51,289 bases of DNA, from positions 1 through 51,289 of IMG/VR virus record IMGVR_UViG_3300037246_001819; one strand, written 5' to 3'. Shown here piece after piece: positions 7,799 through 15,797 of this stretch. The first letter of the stretch is position 1; each line of letters starts with the position of its first letter. A program made the position numbers and the translations under genes. Source of the stretch: a virus. Taxonomy: Duplodnaviria > Caudoviricetes. The notes below the pieces were generated by a model. The model was not told where the DNA came from, ran no database searches, and worked only from the letters and a program-made list of their open reading frames with translations.

Positions 7799-8362
7799 AT
7801 GAACGAGACGAAACACGTCTGCCTCGCTTGCGACGAAGCCATGTCGGAAGAGCAATTCGAGGAGTCAGACTTCTGCCAGGAGTGCGACGGTTGGCACGAC
7901 GTGGTGTACTGCACGATCTGTGATGTCTCTACAGCGGACGATCCCGAGTGCCGACACCTGGAGTGGTTGCCCGACGATGGTCTGTGGGGAGGATGCGGTT
8001 CGTCGGAGACGTCGCCAAGGTTTGAGAGTGAACGCGACGGATTGTGGGCGATGCTGGATGCCGTGCCTGAGATGGCGGGCGCGTTGCGACGTGCGATGCG
8101 CAAGCCTCGCCTGTTGAACGTCTTTGAGCACGGCCCGATTATCGGCACAACGACGCTGGACCTAATAGTTGGCAAGCGAGACTTCGGGGGGCGTTTTTGG
8201 CCCGACCTTGATCTGCGCTGCCGCAGCGGCATCTATTGGCTGTCCTCGCTGCTCGGTGGCAGGGCGGGATGGGCGCGTCGGCTTACCGTCCGCTGGATAG
8301 ATCAATGGCGCCGCCATCGCCAACTGGCGAAAAGGAGCATCCAACCATGCCCGAAGAAATGA
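7799..8362 (+). CDS. Hypothetical Cys-rich protein
   Basis: GAGGAG RBS; several CxxC pairs. Confidence 0.7.
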   Translation: MNETKHVCLACDEAMSEEQFEESDFCQECDGWHDVVYCTICDVSTADDPECRHLEWLPDDGLWGGCGSSETSPRFESERDGLWAMLDAVPEMAGALRRAMRKPRLLNVFEHGPIIGTTTLDLIVGKRDFGGRFWPDLDLRCRSGIYWLSSLLGGRAGWARRLTVRWIDQWRRHRQLAKRSIQPCPKK

Positions 8363-9096
8363 AGAAACTAGCCGCCCTCTACGCCCGATTCTCGCCCCGG
8401 CCGGCGACGAAGGTCCGTACCTGCGTCAGCATTGACATGCAGCTCGAGCGGATGCGCGAATACTGCCGCGGGCCCGCCGGCCTGACGATCCTGCACGAGT
8501 TCGACGAGCCGGAAACCAGCGCGTCGACCCCGTTGGTCGAACGGCCCGAGGGCGCGAAGCTGCTCGAGGCGCTGCGATCCCAGCAGGTCAACCAGGTCGT
8601 CGCCTACGCGATGGACCGGTTATTTCGTAACCAGAACGAAGCGATCGAGACGATCGAGAAGTGGCACAAAGTCGGCATCGGCGTCCACATTCTCGACTGG
8701 TGCGGCGCCGGGCAGCTCAACACGAGCACCCCACACGGGTATTTGATCCTGACGATCACCGCGGCCGTCGCCGAATACTCGCGGCGCGACACCGCCGCGC
8801 GGACGCGGGCAGCCGCGGAGTACCGGCAGCGAACCGGAACCGCCATGGGCAACCCGCCGCTCGGCTGGCGACGCGTCAAGCGAGGCGAGACTTGGATCCT
8901 CTTGCCCGAGCCGCGCGAACAGGAAGCGCTGGCCTACATCAAACGCCGCAAGGCCGAAGGCGCGACCTACTACAAGATCGTGCAGGAGTGCAACGAGCTC
9001 GGATTCCCCGCGCGCGGCAAATGCTGGCGCCACTCGACCGTTAAGCGCGCCCTGCGCCGGGCCAACCGTAAGATCGAACCTCAACCACAGGAGTGA
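8347..9096 (+). CDS. Serine recombinase (resolvase/invertase catalytic domain plus short C-terminal DNA-binding region)
   Basis: LYARFS catalytic Ser motif, SIDMQ, ERPEG..LL, DRLFRN, MGNPPLGW; AAGGAG RBS; degenerate palindrome TCGCCAACTGGCGAAAA at 8317-8333. Confidence 0.9.
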   Translation: MPEEMKKLAALYARFSPRPATKVRTCVSIDMQLERMREYCRGPAGLTILHEFDEPETSASTPLVERPEGAKLLEALRSQQVNQVVAYAMDRLFRNQNEAIETIEKWHKVGIGVHILDWCGAGQLNTSTPHGYLILTITAAVAEYSRRDTAARTRAAAEYRQRTGTAMGNPPLGWRRVKRGETWILLPEPREQEALAYIKRRKAEGATYYKIVQECNELGFPARGKCWRHSTVKRALRRANRKIEPQPQE

Positions 9097-9100
9097 AACC

Positions 9101-9409
9101 ATGAGCGAGACGGAACACACGTCGTTGCTGCCGTTGACGTGGAACAACACTACCCGAGAGATCAGAAATGCTGAAGGTTACATTGTCGTCGAGGTGAAAG
9201 CCCATCGAGCCATGGGGTATGGTCCGTTACTTGTCCGCGCCGTCAACGCCCACGACGACCTCCTGACCGCCTGCGAACGAATCTTGGACAGCCACGGCGA
9301 ATGTTCCAAATCCGATGTCGCCGATCAGGTTGTGAGGCTGCGCGTACCAATGGCGACGATGGCCGCAGTAGGAGCTGCCGTCGCGAAGGCCAACCCGACA
9401 GGTTCGTAA
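9101..9409 (+). CDS. Hypothetical protein, paralog of 5323..5691
   Basis: AGGAG RBS; NAHDDLLTACE. Confidence 0.75.
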   Translation: MSETEHTSLLPLTWNNTTREIRNAEGYIVVEVKAHRAMGYGPLLVRAVNAHDDLLTACERILDSHGECSKSDVADQVVRLRVPMATMAAVGAAVAKANPTGS

Positions 9410-9479
9410 GTCCAGAAGAAGCCGGCCCGGCCGCGAAGCCACCTGCCACGCGACTGGGCCAACCCGAAAGGAGATACGA

Positions 9480-9683
9480 CTATTCTCGCCCAGGCTCCGC
9501 CGGCGTGCAAGCCTGGGAGTTCCATGGAACATCCACGAATTTGATTTTGCGGCGATTCCGCTCCAGCCAGCGCTCCAGGGTTTCGTAACTCTCGGCGCTC
9601 AGCGGCGCTGGCCATTCCAAAACGACCTCGCCTTCCTCAAGCGTAAGAACCTCTCGTTTTGTCACACAGTCTCGGACACGCAT
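9480..9683 (-). CDS. Hypothetical protein
   Basis: GGAGG RBS; last gene of the - strand block. Confidence 0.6.
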   Translation of the reverse strand: MRVRDCVTKREVLTLEEGEVVLEWPAPLSAESYETLERWLERNRRKIKFVDVPWNSQACTPAEPGRE

Positions 9684-9685
9684 GC

Positions 9686-10024
9686 TCAATCCTCCGGCGT
9701 GCAAGCCTGCCGCTCGACGAGGGCTTCGCGCCATCTCAAATGTACAGCCGCCCGCTTGATATGGGTGTCATACTCGTCGGGTTCGATGGCCGCAGCGAGT
9801 ACCTCGTCGAGTGCCTGATCGCATCGGTTCCGCAGCCGCCCGACCTCGGCCTTTGCCTCGACCATTGCGACGCGGTAATCACGGGCATGTCTGCGGTACA
9901 TGTCACAGTTACGATTCAACCGCTCGACGTCAGCCTTGAGCGCGGCATACCCTTGCTTAAGCTGCATGGCCGCCCACGCCGGATCACCTCCTGGCAGTTG
10001 GACATTATCGTTTTCCTTTGTCAT
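9686..10024 (-). CDS. Hypothetical coiled-coil protein
   Basis: GGAGG RBS; ALKADVERL heptads. Confidence 0.7.
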   Translation of the reverse strand: MTKENDNVQLPGGDPAWAAMQLKQGYAALKADVERLNRNCDMYRRHARDYRVAMVEAKAEVGRLRNRCDQALDEVLAAAIEPDEYDTHIKRAAVHLRWREALVERQACTPED

Positions 10025-10397
10025 CGGAACCTCCAGTCTCGTGCTCGATCCTCACCCGCACGCTGTACTCCCATGCCCGGCCCTTCTCTTGAGCCACGGC
10101 CCAGACCGCCTGCGTCTCGTCGCCGTCGTCGATCTTCAGGCTGTCCGCGATCCCGTCACGGACGTGCTTCATCGCACCCGCCAGGTTGTCGTCGTCCAGC
10201 CGACGCGGGCCAATTCGTACCAACGTGATCCGCAATGGCCGACCCGCCGGGACCTCACGCAGATGCGTGTTCATCGCCAACTCCGCCACGCCACGTTGAT
10301 TCCGGTGCCGGTGCAGGTGGACGAAGCGACTCTTGCCCCAGTCAGTCCGGCGGTTCGCTTCGCTGATCGTCTTTATCGGCAGGTTGAACTCGAGCAT
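10005..10397 (-). CDS. RusA-like Holliday junction resolvase/endonuclease
   Basis: SEAN, LDDDNL...KHVRDGIAD..IDDG acidic motifs; GAGGA RBS. Confidence 0.75.
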   Translation of the reverse strand: MLEFNLPIKTISEANRRTDWGKSRFVHLHRHRNQRGVAELAMNTHLREVPAGRPLRITLVRIGPRRLDDDNLAGAMKHVRDGIADSLKIDDGDETQAVWAVAQEKGRAWEYSVRVRIEHETGGSDDKGKR

Positions 10398-10408
10398 CGG
10401 TCGTTCCT

Positions 10409-10621
10409 CTACGTAAACCTCGCCCAAGACTCGAACTCCTCGTCGAGATGCCAACCGCGTGCTTCGAGTGCAGCGACGTCTTCCGCTGGCAACTTGGCGT
10501 GATCCGACCCCGCGTAGATAATGTCGTGCTCCGCGCACACTGAATGGCTGTTGGGGTCTTCGTGCTTCATCAGAATCTGTAGCCCTTCGGCCACGTCTCG
10601 CATGGTTGCCATATCACTCAA
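10409..10621 (-). CDS. Hypothetical protein
   Basis: CAEHDIIY...LEARGW motif; fills an operon gap. Confidence 0.7.
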   Translation of the reverse strand: MSDMATMRDVAEGLQILMKHEDPNSHSVCAEHDIIYAGSDHAKLPAEDVAALEARGWHLDEEFESWARFT

Positions 10622-10640
10622 TCCCTTTCTCGCAAATCAC

Positions 10641-11423
10641 TCATCGTCGTGCTCCTAGCCATTCTCTCGCGTCCTTGAACTCCGGCGGCGGCCGTTTCAG
10701 CTCCGCCATCCCATGCGGCAACGCGTCGATCAACTGCATCGCACCCTCAAGCGTCGCCGCCCGGGCCGGATGCCCAGGCGGATCGTTGTCGATCAGGACG
10801 ATCACCCGGCTCGGCATCGCCTCCTCGAGGAAATGCGTCAGGTCGAGTAGCCCGCCCGTGTTGCTCGGTCGGCCGATCGTGTACACGCCACGCGACAGCA
10901 GCGCCGCACAGTCGGTCGGACCCTCGCACACCCAAACTTCGTCGGGCACGCAACCGCTCGGGATGAACAAAGCGTTCCGGCTCCGCGGCACGCAGAAGTA
11001 CCGTTTTTTCGGCGGGCTGCTCTTCGGGCGACGCAGCCTGATCCCGACGATCCGCATCTTGCCGTCCCGCATCGGAAACGCCACCGCATCGTACGGGCGC
11101 GACCAGCCCGCCCACAGCCGGTCCAGCGACTCGACCGACACCCCCAACGAGTAGGCCACCTCATGCGGCTGGAAGTCAGCCCGGTACCCCCCGCACAGGC
11201 TGAGCCAGTCGATCGGCGGCCGTTTCGGCTCAGGCTTGCTCGGCGGGCGCCACTGGACCGCGTGGCCGTTCAGCCGATGGATCCAGCCGCCGGACGCTAC
11301 CGACTTCACGGACGACACACGCATGCACTTCGCCACGGCCCCATCGGTTGTGTACGTGCACCAGTGGTTGTGGTCACAGATCGCACAGTGATGCTTCCGC
11401 GAGGTTTCAAGCCACTTTGACAT
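10641..11423 (-). CDS. DNA primase-like protein (Zn finger plus TOPRIM)
   Basis: CAICDH..WC; VCEGPTD; LIDND; KDAREW. Confidence 0.85.
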   Translation of the reverse strand: MSKWLETSRKHHCAICDHNHWCTYTTDGAVAKCMRVSSVKSVASGGWIHRLNGHAVQWRPPSKPEPKRPPIDWLSLCGGYRADFQPHEVAYSLGVSVESLDRLWAGWSRPYDAVAFPMRDGKMRIVGIRLRRPKSSPPKKRYFCVPRSRNALFIPSGCVPDEVWVCEGPTDCAALLSRGVYTIGRPSNTGGLLDLTHFLEEAMPSRVIVLIDNDPPGHPARAATLEGAMQLIDALPHGMAELKRPPPEFKDAREWLGARR

Positions 11424-11498
11424 CGGTTCCTCGCGGGACGGCGCCGGGCCCGTTGGGCAGGGTTTCCGACGCCGCCCCTTCCTGAGGAGGAATCAGTG

Positions 11499-11629
11499 GA
11501 GGCGCGGGGCTCCTTGGCATCCGGCGAGGCTGCCGCCCCGCGCCTCTGTGGGGGATGTCCGCGAGCCCGACGGGCCGGCACACCCGCGACGCCGGAGTCA
11601 CCACGTCACGACCGACCCGCCGGGCTCGC
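11499..11629 (-). ncRNA. Two long intergenic hairpins upstream of primase
   Basis: 12-bp stem 11499-11510/11535-11546; 19-bp stem 11561-11579/11611-11629 whose mismatches are G-U pairs on the - strand. Confidence 0.5.
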
Positions 11630-11799
11630 TAGCGCCCCTTACTGATCGCCGAGCGGAACGCAACGCCAGTCCACATCGTAATCACAGAACCGATGACTCC
11701 GGCTAGTTCGTTACTTATCCAGCCCTGAGTCCATAAAATCCCAACCAGTCCGGCCGCGATCGACCCCAGGTACCCCTTCTTGCCGTTCAACCACTTCAT
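11629..11799 (-). CDS. Holin-like two-TM protein (56 aa)
   Basis: GGAGA RBS; MKWLNGKKGYLGSIAAGLVGILWTQGWISNELAGVIGSVITMWTGVAFRSAISKGR; not in the ORF track. Confidence 0.7.
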   Translation of the reverse strand: MKWLNGKKGYLGSIAAGLVGILWTQGWISNELAGVIGSVITMWTGVAFRSAISKGR

Positions 11800-11968
11800 C
11801 GTTCATCTCCATGATCGTTGTAGCTGGTGCAGCATGCCAGTGAACGTGCAACGTACAGCCCGTGCAGGTTGCAACCCAGATCGCGACAGAGAGGAGCACC
11901 AGCGCCGATACCGTTAGCCAGCCGCGTAGACACGGGCTGATACCCCGCTTGCGGTGCTTAGCCATCAC
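11711..11968 (-). CDS. Possible lipoprotein or membrane protein, overlapping the holin-like gene
   Basis: Basic N-terminus, hydrophobic stretch, TGC lipobox-like motif; AGGAG RBS. Confidence 0.5.
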   Translation of the reverse strand: MMAKHRKRGISPCLRGWLTVSALVLLSVAIWVATCTGCTLHVHWHAAPATTIMEMNDEVVERQEGVPGVDRGRTGWDFMDSGLDK

Positions 11969-12128
11969 TCAGGCTCCTTGGTCTCTGGCGTGACAGCATC
12001 GACCCAATCGTCCAGACTGCACACGGTTCTATTGCCTTGCCGCAACGCGGGCACGCATCAGAAACCACGATGCACGTGTGGTGACATTGCAAGCAAGTGT
12101 GGCAGATGTCCGCGAAAACCTTGATCAT
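11958..12128 (-). CDS. Small zinc-ribbon protein
   Basis: CLQC...CPRC. Confidence 0.5.
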   Translation of the reverse strand: MIKVFADICHTCLQCHHTCIVVSDACPRCGKAIEPCAVWTIGSMLSRQRPRSLSDG

Positions 12129-12136
12129 CTCAACTA

Positions 12137-12388
12137 TCACTCCGGCTCTTCGGTCGGCTCGGGCTCCCACGGCTCCTCGGGGCCGCCCGGCCACACACCA
12201 GCGAACTCAGCCTTCGAACTCTTAGCCTCCCACCACAAGCCCGTGTCAACGCGCCAATGAAGGCCCCAGCTCGGGTTATCCATCTTGACCTTGTACGCCG
12301 AGCCGCAGCCCGTTGAGAACCACACGGCCGTGATTGCCACAACCCAACCCAACATCTCAAGTAATCGCCACTTCGTTCTCGGTCTCAT
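12137..12388 (-). CDS. Putative lipoprotein
   Basis: AGGAGA RBS; signal peptide ending FSTG-C; Pro/Glu-rich tail. Confidence 0.7.
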   Translation of the reverse strand: MRPRTKWRLLEMLGWVVAITAVWFSTGCGSAYKVKMDNPSWGLHWRVDTGLWWEAKSSKAEFAGVWPGGPEEPWEPEPTEEPE

Positions 12389-12443
12389 CGTCGGTCTCCT
12401 TTGTGTAGGTCCGTTACCACACATTACCTACCTGGCTTCGTAA

Positions 12444-12704
12444 TCAAAAGAGGGCCTTGTTTAGCTCACCCTCTACCTTGTCGAGCCGGGTGCATATCGT
12501 ATCGAGAGTCGCAGGCAAATCAGCCAGAAGGGCAGCCAGGCACGGCGCATGCGCGCGCGGTCCATCAGTCTCTGCCATCGCCTTCTCAGGCTCACATATT
12601 TTGCAGACGAGACCTTCCAGTTGCTCCACGTGATTTTGCACACGCAGTACCGCGCTGTGGATAAGTGAAGCTTTCCCTTCAGTGCATCCTTCGTCGTGTG
12701 ACAT
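12444..12704 (-). CDS. Hypothetical protein
   Basis: GGAGA RBS; 86 aa. Confidence 0.65.
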   Translation of the reverse strand: MSHDEGCTEGKASLIHSAVLRVQNHVEQLEGLVCKICEPEKAMAETDGPRAHAPCLAALLADLPATLDTICTRLDKVEGELNKALF

Positions 12705-12722
12705 CTCAGTCTCCCTTGCCCC

Positions 12723-13046
12723 CTACTTGTTCCTTCTCACTATGGTCTGGACCAGTTCGTGCATGTCCTTCTGCTGCTCCGTTATCCGGCTCAGAATCTC
12801 TCGTTGCTGGATCATCACCTCGCGAAGCCCTTGAATGGCCTCCGTCAGATCCTTGACGTTCTCGGTCAACGCTTGCCGCACGTACCACTTCGGAGCCCCA
12901 TCACTATCCATGGCGTTCGCCCCGAGGTGCACTCGATGTAGTTCGCAGGTCTGGCGCGATATCTTCCGCAACATCGCCCACAACGTAGCTACGCCAGCCG
13001 CTAGGACCGCCTGCGCAATCCAAACATAATCCTGCTCGTCCATCAT
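12723..13046 (-). CDS. N-terminal TM plus coiled-coil protein (possible lysis accessory)
   Basis: Hydrophobic N-terminus, C-terminal heptads. Confidence 0.7.
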   Translation of the reverse strand: MMDEQDYVWIAQAVLAAGVATLWAMLRKISRQTCELHRVHLGANAMDSDGAPKWYVRQALTENVKDLTEAIQGLREVMIQQREILSRITEQQKDMHELVQTIVRRNK

Positions 13047-13471
13047 GTCCCCGTTTCGAGTAGTGCCTGTCGTGTCATCGTCACCACCTCGGCGGAGACT
13101 TCGCGGTCGTCACCAAACGCTTCCCGCATGAGAGCCTCCTTTCCTAGGGTCGCCTTAGCATCAAAGCATACCTGAACCGGACAGTTTACGAAGTGCGCAG
13201 GATGCGACCATGCACCGTGTGCGTTTCGCGCCGCCCAATAGCCAAGATTCTCCAATGATGACATCCGCTCCTTCAACCGCTCGATCTCGGCCTCGGCCGT
13301 CTCAGCACGTTTGTACTCGGCTTGGGCGTACTGTGTCCACGTTAGCCCATTACCGCCGTACGGAGAGTCTGGCGTGTCGCAGGCTGGTGATAAATACCAT
13401 TGTTGCTGTCGCAACTGCTGAACCTCAGCCTTGAGCGCGTCACGTTCACGTACCAGATCTACGTCAGGCAT
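13043..13471 (-). CDS. Hypothetical coiled-coil protein
   Basis: GGAGG RBS; ALKAEVQQL and AEIERLK. Confidence 0.7.
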   Translation of the reverse strand: MPDVDLVRERDALKAEVQQLRQQQWYLSPACDTPDSPYGGNGLTWTQYAQAEYKRAETAEAEIERLKERMSSLENLGYWAARNAHGAWSHPAHFVNCPVQVCFDAKATLGKEALMREAFGDDREVSAEVVTMTRQALLETGT

Positions 13472-13708
13472 CGTTTCAACCTCCCACCCTCGCGGCCCAG
13501 GCCAGGTACTCGAATCGCACCAGCCAGGCGAACACCGCCAGCGATAACAGCCACAGCCCCCCCGCCATCGTCAGGCCCCACCGCTGGTCATAGCTGCGAG
13601 CCAAAGGCATAATACCACCAAGTCCTGACGAGTCGTTCGATGATTTCGAGCAGCATGAATCCGAAAGGCATGGCACAGTCTCCTTGTTGAAGCCTACGCG
13701 CCGGAAGC

Positions 13709-14032
13709 CTACCCACTAGGGCCGCTGGGGTCAACCTGCTCGGCGAGGACAGCGCGTTCAACTTGCGCCGGATCGCAGCCCGCCAGTTTCGCCATGTCAC
13801 GGAATTGGCGTTGTATCGCGTCAAGCTCAGTTTCCAACACGGCTAACTCGTCCCGCAGCCGAGCGTTCTCGCCTACAACATCTGCGAGGATGCCATCATC
13901 TTTGGCTTTCTGGTGCAGGATCGCCTCCCAGGGAGTCATCGGTTCCGGGTTTCGCTGCCCAGCCAACTGCATCTTCAGCCGCTCGACCTCGACCTTGAGC
14001 GCGTCGTGTATCAGTTGCTCAGCTTGTGTCAT
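13709..14032 (-). CDS. Hypothetical coiled-coil protein
   Basis: GAGG RBS; ALKVEVERL. Confidence 0.7.
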   Translation of the reverse strand: MTQAEQLIHDALKVEVERLKMQLAGQRNPEPMTPWEAILHQKAKDDGILADVVGENARLRDELAVLETELDAIQRQFRDMAKLAGCDPAQVERAVLAEQVDPSGPSG

Positions 14033-14041
14033 GCCGTCACC

Positions 14042-14239
14042 TCAATCCTTCCAGCACGTCCGATGAATGTCCCAGGCGCGCAATTCACGCTTCAGCGCCG
14101 AGAGCACATCAGGGACTACATTAGCCCAGCGCAAACGTCCGCAACACAGGAGGGATAGTTCGCGTATGACCCTATCACCCTCGCCAACAGTCTTGCGGGC
14201 AGAATGAATCGCATCGGTCGCTTCACGCCAGTCCATCAC
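14042..14239 (-). CDS. Hypothetical protein
   Basis: Coupled to the upstream gene; 65 aa. Confidence 0.7.
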   Translation of the reverse strand: MMDWREATDAIHSARKTVGEGDRVIRELSLLCCGRLRWANVVPDVLSALKRELRAWDIHRTCWKD

Positions 14240-15012
14240 GTCACCTCGATTCCTTCGGGGAACTCACGTTTCGCCCAGCTCGGCCAGCGCGGGTCGGCCA
14301 TATCCTTTACGAGCTTGCCGTCGACGCTCACGGCCTTGTTGAAGCAAGGCACGCCCGCGTTGCGGCACTGCTCGTTGATGCTCTCTTGCCATTCCAGCTT
14401 ACACGGGCGATGCTTCGCACCGGTCTCGGGGCCGACGATGACCCAATCAATATCGAACTCATTCATGCAGACAGAACCGTCACGCAAAACCCCATCGCTG
14501 CTAGACCAGCAACAATGACAGCCAGGGCAGCGAAGCTGAATCGGCCCCAACAGCGGCTCGACGGACAGCATGCGCACGCTAGTCGGACACGCCAGCAGTT
14601 GCGGTATCCGCACGTCGGCCCAGTGCTGGTTCTCGACGGTCGTGGCAGCGATGATGTTGTCGGCGAACATGCTTGAATCACACTTCGCGAGGCGTTCGAT
14701 GCGCTTGGTGAGAACCACGAAACGGTGCCAATTTGCCGACCGCATCACAATGAAGGCCGCGCGTAGCTCGAGGGCGATGACGCGCCTGTGAAAGAGATCA
14801 TTCCACGCAGCCCAGAGCGTAGGCTTGCGAACCGAGAACGGCAGTTTCAGCTTATCCTCCCGAAACCGCACCGACCCGTCGCGCCTGTACTGGCGCTCCA
14901 TGCCGAGCGCCCAACAGTTATCGCACGCTTCGCTGACCTTCGTACAGCCAGTGACCAGCCCCCACGGCCGTTGCCACCACATCCCTTTCGCCACACGCTC
15001 AGCGCTAATCAC
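14236..15012 (-). CDS. Gp37/Gp68 (DUF5131) family protein
   Basis: TGCTKVSEACDNCWA, DLFH, LTKR, TVENQ, LSVEPLLG, IDWVIVGPETG. Confidence 0.9.
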   Translation of the reverse strand: MISAERVAKGMWWQRPWGLVTGCTKVSEACDNCWALGMERQYRRDGSVRFREDKLKLPFSVRKPTLWAAWNDLFHRRVIALELRAAFIVMRSANWHRFVVLTKRIERLAKCDSSMFADNIIAATTVENQHWADVRIPQLLACPTSVRMLSVEPLLGPIQLRCPGCHCCWSSSDGVLRDGSVCMNEFDIDWVIVGPETGAKHRPCKLEWQESINEQCRNAGVPCFNKAVSVDGKLVKDMADPRWPSWAKREFPEGIEVT

Positions 15013-15797
15013 GACTCGCCCTCCTCTGACTCTGGGAAGAACCGCATACCATCGAGCCCAGTTTCCGGCCAGAGATTCCGACCCAGCTCGACAGCTCTCG
15101 GATCAGGGTAGAACCACAAGCCGGGTTGACCGCGTGGTGCGCCGTTCAGGCTGCTGCTCCAGCGGAGCCCATGCAGGCGCAGCCCAGCCAAGGTACCGAT
15201 GCCCTCACCGAACACGACATCCTGGTGCCCGCAGTAAACGTCGCCGCTCGCTCGCGAGACCTGTGCCAGCTTGATTGCGAAGCGCAGTTCCTTGCCACCT
15301 ACCTGCGCGCCCACACGCAGATTATCAAAGCGCACCTCAGCGAAACGCTTGTCCCGGCCGTCAGCCTGAAAGCCGATCGCGGACCAATCGCTTCGGATAT
15401 GACAGCTACGGCAGGCGCAGTTAGTAACAAGCAGCCTCGCGTCTTCCCGGCCGTCGCTGTGACACTGAGTGCCCTTGAGCTGGTAGCCCCAGAACTGGCA
15501 TCCATGCAGGATCGCATCGCCCGCAGACATCAGGGCGATCTCGGCTTTGCCTAGACAGTCGAGCGCGGTGCCGATCAGTATGCTATCCGTAGCACTCACG
15601 AGACAATTCTCTGTTTCTGCCCAGGATGCGAGCAACAGGGAGTCGCGCCCGAAGAGCACGTGCCCGTGAAGGCTGAGCGGTGCCGGCAGGCTGTAAGTTA
15701 CGCCGGGAGCCAGCACGAGCACAGCGCCATGGTTAGCCGACGCGATCCCCTGGAGATCGGCGTCATACGGTACATGGATGATCGCGGGCATGATCAA
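15009..15797 (-). CDS. Hypothetical protein, possible beta-helix fold
   Basis: VLVLAPGVTY motif followed by repetitive beta-strand pattern; coupled to both neighbours. Confidence 0.55.
   Translation of the reverse strand: MIMPAIIHVPYDADLQGIASANHGAVLVLAPGVTYSLPAPLSLHGHVLFGRDSLLLASWAETENCLVSATDSILIGTALDCLGKAEIALMSAGDAILHGCQFWGYQLKGTQCHSDGREDARLLVTNCACRSCHIRSDWSAIGFQADGRDKRFAEVRFDNLRVGAQVGGKELRFAIKLAQVSRASGDVYCGHQDVVFGEGIGTLAGLRLHGLRWSSSLNGAPRGQPGLWFYPDPRAVELGRNLWPETGLDGMRFFPESEEGES

Noticed and set aside
8347-9096. Large serine integrase with an attP site
   Set aside because: Only 249 aa, lacking the zinc-ribbon/coiled-coil region of integrases; no att site identifiable
13476-13676. Single 66-aa CDS from the ORF track
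   Set aside because: The RBS better fits a 27-aa ORF at 13671-13588 in another frame; the true coding frame cannot be resolved, so no call was made
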